Assembly (NCBI GenBank): GCA_050008655.1
Contig: JBEKMF010000003.1
Span: 1 to 49,422 of the forward strand
DNA: 49,422 nucleotides
Direction: 5' to 3'
DNA from: Smithellaceae bacterium
Lineage (GTDB): Bacteria > Desulfobacterota > Syntrophia > Syntrophales > Smithellaceae
In this document: in pieces, positions 18,716 to 27,486 of the stretch
Layout of the letters: each line of letters starts with the position of its first letter
How positions within the stretch are numbered: position 1 is the stretch's first letter
Notes under the pieces: generated by a model
Database searches by the model: none
Seen by the model: the letters and a program-made list of their open reading frames with translations, nothing else
What the model was told of the DNA's origin: nothing
Program-made: the position numbers and the translations under genes

Positions 18716-19105
18716 ATGATGCTTTTGCCGGAAGATATGGGAAATCAACGTTTCAGGAAGTATGATTTACAGTCTGCCAGAAGGATATCGATGCTTGAAA
18801 AAAATGGGTGCAATTTGCTCGCATAATCCGCTTAATTTGGCGAGGTTTGGCGAGAAATGAAAAACCGCCTTTTTTGATGTAAGGGGGGATGTATTCGGAG
18901 ACTAAGGCTGGTGGCTGATACCTATGGACTTTTACTGGCTCTATAGTGGGCGTATACTGGACTTTTTACTAATTACTATAAAGACTTAAAAAAATTGGCC
19001 GAAAAATTTTACCGCGTTTTTTTACCCCACCGGCGAAACCGTGTCTCCAAATACGTTTTTAAAAAACCTCCAAACAGCGCAACACAAACGGTGACAAAAT
19101 ATACC

Positions 19106-19459
19106 TTATTTTTCCTGGATTCTTTTCAATCCAAACTCTCCTATTACCCACCCGATATCTTTGCCGTCCCTGGTCTTTAACCTGAATGCCTGCAGGTTGG
19201 GATTGGGGAAAAAGGACTCGACTTTATATACAATTAATTCGGTGAAGTTTTGGAAAGCATATCTATTTTTTATTAGATCGTTTTGATAGTTTGTGGCCGA
19301 TTCCTGGTCGGCTTCAAGCATCTGGACAAATTTTATTACATGGATCTGGTTTAAAAAAATTACGTTATATTTTTCAAGGGTGTAATATTGAGTGGAATAG
19401 GAAGTCGTCGAAATCATCAGAAAGGAAAATATAACAGCAAGGCAAAACAAATTTTTCAT
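19106..19459 (-). CDS. Exported hypothetical protein co-oriented with the repressor (possible lysogen-expressed accessory gene)
   Basis: Signal peptide MKNLFCLAVIFSFLMISTTSYS; RBS aagggg; AT-rich. Confidence 0.65.
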   Translation of the reverse strand: MKNLFCLAVIFSFLMISTTSYSTQYYTLEKYNVIFLNQIHVIKFVQMLEADQESATNYQNDLIKNRYAFQNFTELIVYKVESFFPNPNLQAFRLKTRDGKDIGWVIGEFGLKRIQEK

Positions 19460-19481
19460 AAAACCCCTTATTCTAAATAGA

Positions 19482-20048
19482 TCACATTGCCTCTTTGTCC
19501 GAACCAGCGTCGGGCTCTACGGCAGAAGAAGGGTTTGGGGAAAGACGCTTCACCCATCCTTTAAGCTCGGCCACTTGTGCCTTCAGCTCTTCTATTTCGG
19601 CCCGGCAAGCCAGGTCTGCGGCGATTTGCTGGATATTTAAATAAAGGACGGCGGCCGCGGGTGTGCCAGAGGAGAGAATCTTATAAGCCTTTCCTACAGC
19701 CTCTTCAATGTTGATTTTCTGCTCTGTTATGAGAGCGCCATAAGGCGGCGATGGCTCATGCACCGCCGGCGCGGATCCCGCTGGGCCACAAATTTCAGGA
19801 TGGTCTTTAAAGGCTCCGGGGAAAGGCTCACCCACACCCGAAAGAAACCATGCTTCATTAAATCCAAACTGTTTACAAAACGCCTCCATGAATTCAGCAC
19901 TGGGGCGTATTTTTTTAGAGCGATACTGGCTGATGTTGCTGGTATTCATCTTTAGAAGATCGGCCAAAGTTTTATTGGTTAAATTATCCCTTCGGCAGAC
20001 GTAATTAACAGCCCATCGAGTTCTTGTTTTTAATTCTTCACCAGCCAT
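19482..20048 (-). CDS. Prophage repressor (XRE/Cro-C1 HTH)
   Basis: LTNKTLADLLKMNTSNISQYRS HTH, FNEAWFLSGVGEP; divergent from ner; coiled-coil C-terminus. Confidence 0.85.
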   Translation of the reverse strand: MAGEELKTRTRWAVNYVCRRDNLTNKTLADLLKMNTSNISQYRSKKIRPSAEFMEAFCKQFGFNEAWFLSGVGEPFPGAFKDHPEICGPAGSAPAVHEPSPPYGALITEQKINIEEAVGKAYKILSSGTPAAAVLYLNIQQIAADLACRAEIEELKAQVAELKGWVKRLSPNPSSAVEPDAGSDKEAM

Positions 20049-20066
20049 AATTACCCTTTTCCCTCG

Positions 20067-20189
20067 TTCGCAGTTCCCCGCCTAACTGCGAAATGAACTG
20101 CGAAATACTCCGAAATCATCATTTTTATTTATAATATCAATTACTTACCATTAATAAAAGCCAAAAATAACGAAATTTAACTGCGAAAT
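20067..20189. promoter_or_regulatory. Repeated operator-like motif AACTGCGAAAT
   Basis: Copies at 20084-94, 20096-106 and 20179-89, inverted TTCGCAGTT at 20067-75, partial CGAAAT at 20111 and 20171. Confidence 0.7.
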
Positions 20190-20200
20190 GCAGATTTTAC

Positions 20201-20229
20201 TTGACACGCTTAAATTTTCGGTTTATAAG
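20201..20229 (+). promoter_or_regulatory. Early (Pe-like) sigma-70 promoter
   Basis: TTGACA-17 nt-TATAAG upstream of the ner-like gene. Confidence 0.75.
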
Positions 20230-20275
20230 ACAATTCAAATAGTAAATAATCCTTTTAAAAAAAAGGAGCCTTTTA

Positions 20276-20569
20276 ATGCCCAACAACCCGAAGGTCGCAC
20301 AACGACCGCAAAACATGACACCCAAACAGATCCGGCAATTGCTTTTTGACGCCGAGGTTACGCAGGCAGAGATTGCCCGCGACTGCGATAAAAAGCCGAC
20401 ACTTGTTTACCATGTGATCGAAGGCAATACGGTTTCTGATGTTATCCGGAAGTATATCGCCAAAAAAGTGGGTGTCGATATCAAACGCATCTGGCCGGAC
20501 CCGTATCTCATTTACGGTGGTCCGCGCAAACCGGGAAGGCCGATTGGCGGCGAACGGCGGGCGGCTTAA
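20276..20569 (+). CDS. ner: Ner/Nlp-like DNA-binding protein
   Basis: MTPKQIR...IAKKVGVDIKRIWPD; first early gene divergent from the repressor. Confidence 0.75.
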   Translation: MPNNPKVAQRPQNMTPKQIRQLLFDAEVTQAEIARDCDKKPTLVYHVIEGNTVSDVIRKYIAKKVGVDIKRIWPDPYLIYGGPRKPGRPIGGERRAA

Positions 20570-20633
20570 CCTGCCGGGATTTAGGAGTCGGCTTTTCATG
20601 GCTACTTTATAACTTATTTAAAAAGGGTTTTCA

Positions 20634-21101
20634 ATGGCTAAGTTAAAACCAAGAATAGACAGCAAACAGACCTCCCTTTTCGATATTCTGAAGGCCTACC
20701 AGGAAGAAAATCAGTCCCCGCACCCCGCGGGGAGCTTCGACATCGACAGTCAGTTCCGGGCGGCTATCAGCGAAGCGCTGAAACACTGCCCATTATCGCG
20801 CTGGCAGGTGGCAGGGCGAATGTCGGAATTGACCGGATGTGAAATCACAAAGGCCATGCTCGATAGCTGGACAGCGGAATCCAAAGAGGGTCACCGTTTT
20901 CCGGCTATTTTTTTGCCCGCTTTTTGCGAGGCGGCCGGTTGCAGTGAACCCATGAAGATGATGGGACGGCTGGTCGGCGTATTTATTCTACCGGGGCCGG
21001 AAGCACTCCGGGCGGAAATTCAACGAATCAGCGAAGAGATTAATCGCAAGCAGGCAGAGAAGCGAAAGCGGGAGATATTCTTAAAGGAGATGGAGAAATG
21101 A
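20634..21101 (+). CDS. Conserved Mu-like early regulatory HTH protein
   Basis: SRWQVAGRMSELTG..ITKAMLDSWTAESK..HRFPA..LPAFC pattern; located between ner and the transposase. Confidence 0.7.
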   Translation: MAKLKPRIDSKQTSLFDILKAYQEENQSPHPAGSFDIDSQFRAAISEALKHCPLSRWQVAGRMSELTGCEITKAMLDSWTAESKEGHRFPAIFLPAFCEAAGCSEPMKMMGRLVGVFILPGPEALRAEIQRISEEINRKQAEKRKREIFLKEMEK

Positions 21102-21292
21102 AAAAAATACTCAACGACAGATATGGCGGACTCGCCAATCATCTTAACCGCCGTGATGCCTGGGCCGAGGGAATTATCGACGGCTTTGAGGCTTTTTTTA
21201 AAAGCGCAGGGTTGAAGAAAGTAACCTGGTTCATCATCGGCTTCGCTGTTTGTTTTTTTGGACGGGTCATTTTTATCATTATTAACAGGTGA
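21098..21292 (+). CDS. Small hypothetical membrane protein
   Basis: ATGA overlap with the previous gene, RBS ggag, C-terminal hydrophobic segment. Confidence 0.55.
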   Translation: MKKILNDRYGGLANHLNRRDAWAEGIIDGFEAFFKSAGLKKVTWFIIGFAVCFFGRVIFIIINR

Positions 21293-21302
21293 GGTGCAAT
21301 CA

Positions 21303-23549
21303 ATGGACAGGACATTTACGGCAAATAAAATCGCAACACTCATGGGCAAATCGACGCGCCACATTGAATTGAGAGCCAAAAAGGAAGCCTGGACCTATAT
21401 AGAAGAGAATGGTAACGGCCGCAACGGCAAAACAAAGAAGTATGCCCTTTCCGTTCTGCCGGGGGACATCCAGGAGGCATATATATATAAGGAAGGCGTA
21501 AAACCGGAGATTCTGCCGGTACTCAAACCATCCGCTGCCGCCATGATGATGGAAAAACACACCGGCTTCGATGAGGTGATCAAACCCCTTGCCCAGGTTG
21601 CCTTCGCATCCCCCCAGACAAAAGATAAAAATGGTTACGACGTGGAGACCTGCATCAGTGATCAGGATCTGCAAAACCCGCGCATCAAGGCGCTTCTGGC
21701 CATCCTCCGGGAGGCCGAAGCTGTACCGACCGACTGGGCAAAAGGCAAACGCAAATGGCTTGAGCTTGTCGCCAAGAAAAACAACGTCCGGTGGCAATCT
21801 ATATATAGATGGATAAAAAAATATGAAGCAAAGGGCATCGCGGGCCTGCGGCATACCAAATCCACAAACGGGCAGGCCCTGGCCTGGACGCCGGAGGCGG
21901 TTGATTTCTGGGTAAGCCTTTGCGGCAAGCGTGAGCATCGCGGGGCTAACCGCAGAGACCTCTATGAAATATTGGCCATCGAAGCGCAGCGGCGCGACTG
22001 GAAAATCGGCGGTTACGAATCCGCCAACTGGTGGTTTAAGAAAAAGTGGAATCCACTGCTCGACGCCATGCAGCGCGGCGGCATGCGCGCCCTGGATAAT
22101 CTTCTCCCGCCGGTTCTACGCGACTATTCGGATCTCGCGCCCTTCCAAATCCTGGTCGGCGATCAGCACCGTTTCGATCGCTGGGTAGTGGATGAAGAAA
22201 CCGGCGAGATCTTCCGCCCGGAAGGCTATCTCTGGCAGGACCTGCGCACCCGGGTAATTTACGGCGCCGCGGTGGATAAAAAATATGATGCCTGGCTGAT
22301 CGGCCTGGCACTGCGCATCGGCGTCTCCTGTTACGGCGCTTTCGGCAGCATCTATACGGATAACGGCAAACCGGAAATATCCAAATTTCTGACCTCGGTT
22401 CTCGCCAACATGCATTCCCTGGGAATGGACTGGCAGAAAACCGAAGAGATCATCCTCGATGTTCTGGATGTCGAAGCGGAAAACATCACACCCTGCTGTG
22501 TTCTGCCGGGTACGCACCGCAAAGCCATCGTCAAAAATGCCAAAGCCAAGATGATTGAAGGCACATTTTACCGCCTCGAGCAAATCATGGGATCCGTAAT
22601 GATGCTCCCGGGGCAGACGAAGAAACTCTCCGATGACATTCACTGGCAGGATATCGACCATGAAGAAGCGATGAGCCTGGTTAAAAAAGGGAAACTTCTC
22701 ACCAGCCGGGAATTTGCACTGGCGATGTATCTGGCCTGCGATCATTACAACAGTAAGAAAACGCACCGCGGCGTGCTCGCCGAGTGGGCGTGGAAGCCGA
22801 AGCCGAAGGAAGTCACACCCTGGGATTGCCTGAAAGCCTGCTATGGCGCGGGCTGGCGGCCGAAGATGGTTTCCAATAACGCGGCCGATCTTATTTTCCT
22901 CGCGCGGGCTTCGCGCATGGTTAATCGCGGCCGTATCAGCCTGGAAAACGAACAATACGAAAGCGACGCGCTCCTGGAATTGCACGGCGAGCGCGTGGAT
23001 ATCCGTTATAACCCGATGACGCTCGCGGAGCTGCATATTTTCCGCGGCGGCAAGTATTTATGCACGGCTGCGCCGGTAGAATATTCATCCATGATCGATG
23101 CGGATCTCGCCTCAAGGAAAATTGCCGAGAAACGCGAACGACGTTTAAAATTCGCCGCAGAATTCCAGAAGATTTCCGCCATTGCCCCCGATTTCCGGCA
23201 GTATTCAAAGGTTCCGGAAGCCGAGCGCGTAGCCGCACTCATCGGCACGGATCGGAAACGCCGCGCCATCGAAAATAAGCAGTTCACCAAACCCGTCTCC
23301 CAGCAAGAAATCGAACAGCACATCGAAAAGATGGAAGCGGGGATCGTGCTCCCAAAAAAGGCCGCAAAGCCGCTCCCGGAGCGGCCGCAATACTTCCTGG
23401 ATGATCTGACCCGGATGGAATGGATCGCCAAACATCTCCGCGCCGGCGGCGCTTTGAATGAAGATGATGAAATATTCCGCGAGCAATATCTGGCGGCACA
23501 ATCCGAAAGCCAACGGGAATTCTGGCAGTATCAAATGGGGCAAAGTTAG
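21303..23549 (+). CDS. MuA-like DDE transposase
   Basis: N-terminal Mu DNA-binding domain (RAKKEAW..GNGRNG..YALSVLP); D-D-E in VGDQHRFD, YTDNGK, KMIEGTF; Mu C-terminal domain (VDIRYNP). Confidence 0.92.
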   Translation: MDRTFTANKIATLMGKSTRHIELRAKKEAWTYIEENGNGRNGKTKKYALSVLPGDIQEAYIYKEGVKPEILPVLKPSAAAMMMEKHTGFDEVIKPLAQVAFASPQTKDKNGYDVETCISDQDLQNPRIKALLAILREAEAVPTDWAKGKRKWLELVAKKNNVRWQSIYRWIKKYEAKGIAGLRHTKSTNGQALAWTPEAVDFWVSLCGKREHRGANRRDLYEILAIEAQRRDWKIGGYESANWWFKKKWNPLLDAMQRGGMRALDNLLPPVLRDYSDLAPFQILVGDQHRFDRWVVDEETGEIFRPEGYLWQDLRTRVIYGAAVDKKYDAWLIGLALRIGVSCYGAFGSIYTDNGKPEISKFLTSVLANMHSLGMDWQKTEEIILDVLDVEAENITPCCVLPGTHRKAIVKNAKAKMIEGTFYRLEQIMGSVMMLPGQTKKLSDDIHWQDIDHEEAMSLVKKGKLLTSREFALAMYLACDHYNSKKTHRGVLAEWAWKPKPKEVTPWDCLKACYGAGWRPKMVSNNAADLIFLARASRMVNRGRISLENEQYESDALLELHGERVDIRYNPMTLAELHIFRGGKYLCTAAPVEYSSMIDADLASRKIAEKRERRLKFAAEFQKISAIAPDFRQYSKVPEAERVAALIGTDRKRRAIENKQFTKPVSQQEIEQHIEKMEAGIVLPKKAAKPLPERPQYFLDDLTRMEWIAKHLRAGGALNEDDEIFREQYLAAQSESQREFWQYQMGQS

Positions 23550-23561
23550 GAGATTTGGATA

Positions 23562-23861
23562 ATGAATTTTAGCAATTTAGGAAAAACTTTTTTAGGGTTA
23601 CTCACTGCAGCTAGTTTCAGGAATCCAAGTGCGAAAGTGAAGAGAGGATCGTCATTAAAGAGACGGTCACCCTTTGCAGACCTCGACGCTTTATTCACCC
23701 CGCGTCTCATGGGCGATAATTATCCGGCGCCAAGTCGAGGGGGCAATTTCAAAGCTAACCAACAAAAAGAACGGAAAGCGGCGGCGAAAAAGAGAACCAT
23801 TGCCGCGCATAGGAAAGCCAAAAAACGTGACGCTCAACGCAAGAGAAGAGCGAGGAGATAG
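23562..23861 (+). CDS. Lys/Arg-rich hypothetical protein between MuA and MuB
   Basis: RBS aggag; 99 aa with a very basic C-terminus. Confidence 0.55.
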   Translation: MNFSNLGKTFLGLLTAASFRNPSAKVKRGSSLKRRSPFADLDALFTPRLMGDNYPAPSRGGNFKANQQKERKAAAKKRTIAAHRKAKKRDAQRKRRARR

Positions 23862-23900
23862 TAGTTAGAAATTTTAATATTTTTACGGAGGACTGCCCAA

Positions 23901-24596
23901 ATGATTAAGAATGAATTTATCGAGACAATCAACATCAACAAGTTTCAGAAGATTTGCGAGGAATTGGAGAATCCCGATGCGCTTATCGGGCCGTCGCTGG
24001 CGATGGTCACGGGGCCCGCGGGACGCGGAAAAACGGAAGCCGCGAAGCATTACGTCATCCACGAAAGCGCCATCTATATCCCGCCGATGAACATCTGCTC
24101 GGCGCCGATGCTGCTGAGGGAAATCGCCTTTGAACTCGGCAAGGTTCGTCCCCGGACATCGGAGGCCTGCCTCGAAATCATCGGCAAGGAAATAGCCAAA
24201 GAACGCCGCCTGATCATTATCGACGAAGCGGATCTGAAGCCGATGGCCATCCTGGAGATGCTCCGCAATATTAATGAACGATACGGCTGCCCGATCGTGC
24301 TCATCGGCGAGGACCGGCTGAAGGGCAAGATCGAATCACAAAGAAGGCTGGCCAGCCGCGTCCGGAGGCGCATGGAATTCGCGCCCATTTCCCAGCAGGA
24401 TATCGCTTACTTTTTCAAAAAGTGCATGGCGCTGAAACCTTCCGCCGACGTAGTTGCGGCGATCCTGAAACATTGCCGCGGCGACTGGCGGCCGGTACTC
24501 ACCTGCGCGATCGGCATCGAGCGGGCAATGAAAGCATCGAACCTTAAAGAAGCCACGGTGGAGATGATAACTGATGTCATTAACGACGGCCGTTAA
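23901..24596 (+). CDS. MuB-like AAA+ ATPase
   Basis: Walker A GPAGRGKT, Walker B IIIDEAD, VLIGE, LASRV arginine finger. Confidence 0.9.
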   Translation: MIKNEFIETININKFQKICEELENPDALIGPSLAMVTGPAGRGKTEAAKHYVIHESAIYIPPMNICSAPMLLREIAFELGKVRPRTSEACLEIIGKEIAKERRLIIIDEADLKPMAILEMLRNINERYGCPIVLIGEDRLKGKIESQRRLASRVRRRMEFAPISQQDIAYFFKKCMALKPSADVVAAILKHCRGDWRPVLTCAIGIERAMKASNLKEATVEMITDVINDGR

Positions 24597-25089
24597 GAAA
24601 ACAAATCTGGCCAAACGCATGCGGGCCTGGATGCGCTCTCGCACCGGCTCTGTCGGTGAACGCCGATTTTTCTCACGGGAATTATACGTCGCTCTGGGTA
24701 TTCCGGAAGGTTATGAGCGGCAAAAAGTACGCAACGCGCTGACGGATTTTCTCCTGCGCGGTGAGGTCACATTCCGGTTTAACCGCAAACGAAAACGGCG
24801 ACATTATTTATATAACCAGACCTGGCGCCGGGCACTTAAAGGCCGGATAAACCGCAAAATATTCAAGGCCATGTATGTTTCTTCGAGTTTTGCCGTGACG
24901 GATATCGTGCGCCTGGTGGGAATCAAAAAACAGAAGGATCGAAACTGGGCCGACAAGATCGTGCGGCGGATGGTCAAAGAAGGATATTTGCAGCAGGTCG
25001 CACGTAGGTTGTGCGCTCACGGATCCGGCGCGGAGAAGGTTTACCGCGTCGTCGATCGGGACAGGTTTAATTTGGAGTTAATGAAATGA
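24574..25089 (+). CDS. Basic hypothetical protein, possibly tandem winged helix
   Basis: Overlaps MuB end; Arg/Lys-rich. Confidence 0.6.
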   Translation: MSLTTAVKKTNLAKRMRAWMRSRTGSVGERRFFSRELYVALGIPEGYERQKVRNALTDFLLRGEVTFRFNRKRKRRHYLYNQTWRRALKGRINRKIFKAMYVSSSFAVTDIVRLVGIKKQKDRNWADKIVRRMVKEGYLQQVARRLCAHGSGAEKVYRVVDRDRFNLELMK

Positions 25090-25487
25090 CGAGAAAACAA
25101 TATTGGCTTACTCCTGCCGACACATATGCAGCACTAGACGCCGAATTCAAATTTGATTTTGATCCATGTCCTTATCCGCGGCCGCAGGATTTTAACGGGA
25201 TAGAGGTTCCGTGGGGTAAAGTAAATTATGTCAATCCGCCGTTTCGACGATCTGACGGGGCTTTCGGCGCGGGGCCAACTGCATTTGTCCGCAAAGCCAT
25301 CGCGGAACAACAATCCGGCAATTCATCAGTAAGCGTATTGCCCACGATGTCTTTTATCAACCTACTTTTAAATGCAGGTGCGGAATTAAGACCAATGGGA
25401 CGCATTCCCTGGATTGAGACAACATCAAGAAAGCAGTGCAAAAATTCATCGAATGTAACGGCATTTATTTTGAGAGGTAAAAAATGA
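25086..25487 (+). CDS. Short phage DNA N6-adenine methyltransferase (Dam-like)
   Basis: WLTP, FDFDPCP, PWGKVNYVNPPF (motif IV). Confidence 0.8.
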   Translation: MTRKQYWLTPADTYAALDAEFKFDFDPCPYPRPQDFNGIEVPWGKVNYVNPPFRRSDGAFGAGPTAFVRKAIAEQQSGNSSVSVLPTMSFINLLLNAGAELRPMGRIPWIETTSRKQCKNSSNVTAFILRGKK

Positions 25488-25984
25488 ACTCACCAATTTT
25501 AATCCCCGGCACAGATTTTCCTTTTACCGTTATCGCCCGCAAAGGTCCGCCGCCGCTCAGAAACGCGGCGGAAGTGAAACAGCGCAACGGCCTTCTGGCA
25601 AAGATTCACATCGCTAAAAAGCAGATGGGCCTGAACTCCGGTGAATACGAGATGATCCTGCGCGGTTTCCATGTTGCTTCCGCCGGAGATATGACGATCG
25701 AACAATTGGAAAACTGCGTGAAACTGATGAAACGTTATGGCTGGAAGGAGTTATCACTACGCAAAGCTGAGGTCAATCCTGAGCAGATAATAGCGCTCAG
25801 ACAGCGCTGTATGGACCTTGCCCGCGAAATTCCCAACGGCGAGAAGCGCCTGGCGGGATTGGCCAGTAAAATCTGCGGAACTTCGCAGGTGATCTGGTGT
25901 CAAGACGTGAAGAAAATAGAACGGCTTTTGGCCGTTCTGAGGAAGGTAGTTGATGATGAAGAAAAGAAAGTCACTACAGGATAA
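25484..25984 (+). CDS. gemA: GemA / Mu gp16 (DUF1018) family protein
   Basis: LAKIHIAKKQMGL...YEMIL...SAGDMTIEQLE...GW. Confidence 0.85.
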   Translation: MNSPILIPGTDFPFTVIARKGPPPLRNAAEVKQRNGLLAKIHIAKKQMGLNSGEYEMILRGFHVASAGDMTIEQLENCVKLMKRYGWKELSLRKAEVNPEQIIALRQRCMDLAREIPNGEKRLAGLASKICGTSQVIWCQDVKKIERLLAVLRKVVDDEEKKVTTG

Positions 25985-26393
25985 TAACCTCGAATACGAT
26001 GCCGATGTTTACCGGAATAAACTTCTGGCGGAGCTCGCCATGCGGATCTGTAAAGTTAATGCCATATCGATGACGGAACTTTTTGAGGTTGTCTATGAAC
26101 GTCCCTGGCATGATCGGGTCAACGATACACGCGATATTCGCAGACTCACTGCAAAAATGCGCAAAGAGGGCATACCGATTTGTTCGACTTCCACGCGCAA
26201 CGGCGGCGGCTATTATCTCGCGGCAGCCGGTTCGGAATTGGCCGATTTTCTGAAAAAAAGAAAACTCAAGGCGCTTTCGATGCTCCAGGATAATGCCAAA
26301 ATCATGAAGATAAGCCTGCCGAATTATATGGGGCAGATCAAACTGGAAATGGAGGGGACATACAATGAACCAGGCCAAAAAGAACTTTTCTGA
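25950..26393 (+). CDS. Phage HTH-like protein
   Basis: RDIRRL..KMRKEGIPICS....GGYYLA; start position uncertain. Confidence 0.65.
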   Translation: MMMKKRKSLQDNNLEYDADVYRNKLLAELAMRICKVNAISMTELFEVVYERPWHDRVNDTRDIRRLTAKMRKEGIPICSTSTRNGGGYYLAAAGSELADFLKKRKLKALSMLQDNAKIMKISLPNYMGQIKLEMEGTYNEPGQKELF

Positions 26394-26850
26394 TTCTCCG
26401 GCCCATCAGGCCGACACACTGCTTGATTGCATCCGGAGACAGAAGACTAAAGTGGCGAAAGTAGAGACACGTTTTTATAAAGAACAGGAAGCTTTGGATA
26501 AAAAATATGCGTCTCTGTTCTACGATAGCCATGAAGCACTTTCTATTGCCGAACAGTCACTCATTGCCCTCATGAAAAAAGAGCGGGCTTATCTCTTTGC
26601 CGGTACCGATATTTTGAAACTCGGCAACGGCAGCCTTATCCACAATACCGCAGACAAAGTGAGCATCCCGAAGGATGCCGTGGAGCGGTTGAAAGAGCAG
26701 AAATTCTTCGAGGCCATCAGGACTGTGGAGCACGCGGATCGCGACATCATCGAAAAGTGGCCGGATGCGAAACTGCTCCTCATCGGCGCCTCGAGGAAAA
26801 CGAAAGAAGAGTTTGGGTACGAGTTGAAGCATCCCGTTTCAGCCCGATAG
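26365..26850 (+). CDS. gam: Gam-like host-nuclease inhibitor
   Basis: Helical N-terminus, LKLGNGSL, IRTVEHADRD, IGA...KEEFGYE; position in the Mu early operon. Confidence 0.75.
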   Translation: MNQAKKNFSDSPAHQADTLLDCIRRQKTKVAKVETRFYKEQEALDKKYASLFYDSHEALSIAEQSLIALMKKERAYLFAGTDILKLGNGSLIHNTADKVSIPKDAVERLKEQKFFEAIRTVEHADRDIIEKWPDAKLLLIGASRKTKEEFGYELKHPVSAR

Positions 26851-26852
26851 AA

Positions 26853-26916
26853 CCGGAGGACGCGGGTTCGAATCCCGCACAGGAGAAATCTTGTAGGCGC
26901 AGCGGTCGCGCACCGG
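26853..26916 (+). ncRNA. Circularly permuted tRNA-like element (T-arm, GAAA-capped acceptor, D-arm), YrlA-like architecture
   Basis: ccgg-aggac-GCGGG TTCGAAT CCCGC-ACAGGA GAAA TCTTGT-ag-GCGC AGCGGTC GCGC-a-ccgg. Confidence 0.7.
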
Positions 26917-26919
26917 AAC

Positions 26920-26947
26920 CGGAGAGAGGGACTAAGTCCCTCCTCCG
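26920..26947. other. Strong GC-rich hairpin following the tRNA-like element
   Basis: cggag-a-gagggac taa gtccctc-ctccg; no U-tract. Confidence 0.6.
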
Positions 26948-26978
26948 TCTAAAAAGGAAAGTAAGGAAGGCCGAAATC

Positions 26979-27197
26979 ATGTCAGAAAAAATAAATTTTT
27001 GCACACTTGACGGTCAATGCGGCGCTCAAAACCTCGATGATCAAAGGGCATGTGCCTTCTATGCGGAGGCACAGACATTATATCCAGGTAATTGTGTGAC
27101 GCTCATTCACTCTAATTGTGTGCACCCAGAGGCGCTGACAGCTAAATTAAAGGAACTGAGAAATGAAAAAGAGCCAAAGCCAGATGAGAAAACATAG
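26979..27197 (+). CDS. Small Cys-rich hypothetical protein (72 aa)
   Basis: RBS aaggaagg before ATG 26979; five Cys; the longer ORF-track start runs through the ncRNA-like element. Confidence 0.6.
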   Translation: MSEKINFCTLDGQCGAQNLDDQRACAFYAEAQTLYPGNCVTLIHSNCVHPEALTAKLKELRNEKEPKPDEKT

Positions 27198-27486
27198 AGA
27201 GAAAAGGCAGGAGAGGCGAACCGTTTTGGAGCACGGGTCTTGTCTCACTATTACTATTCCTGACGTCCCGGTACCGGCAGGGCCGATATTGGAAAAAGAA
27301 GTGAAAGAAACCCGGCAGACAATGACCTTGAAAATGGGGGCTTGCCCCGTTAGAAATTGGATTTCTAACGGGGTGAATTGGCTCAGGGAATACAGCCTGG
27401 AATTGGCGATTGCAGTTGTAATTTTGTCACTGTTTGTATTAATCGGTAGCATCAATTATTTATATCTAACTGAAAGGACATTCTGA
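27163..27486 (+). CDS. Hypothetical protein with C-terminal TM, contains an in-frame palindrome
   Basis: Operonic overlap; LAIAVVILSLFVLIG. Confidence 0.55.
   Translation: MKKSQSQMRKHREKRQERRTVLEHGSCLTITIPDVPVPAGPILEKEVKETRQTMTLKMGACPVRNWISNGVNWLREYSLELAIAVVILSLFVLIGSINYLYLTERTF
27345..27373. repeat. REP-like palindrome copy 1 (CCCCGTTAGA family)
   Basis: CCCCGTTAGAAAT-TGG-ATTTCTAACGGGG, flanked by CTTG and TGAA. Confidence 0.85.

Noticed and set aside
18830-20200. CRISPR-like array from the short repeats
   Set aside because: Repeats are 7-13 bp, irregularly spaced, with no cas genes
22116-23036. 306-aa antisense ORF inside the transposase (similar ones lie inside the terminase, portal and capsid)
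   Set aside because: Typical antisense shadow of GC-rich codon usage; no motifs or RBS
26853-26888. Second att site or ordinary phage tRNA
   Set aside because: No anticodon loop or CCA, does not match the tRNA-Lys fragment beyond the T-arm, and the D-arm lies downstream; treated as a permuted mimic instead
26757-26978. N-terminal extension of ORF 26757-27197
   Set aside because: Overlaps gam and the structured RNA; a good RBS supports ATG 26979
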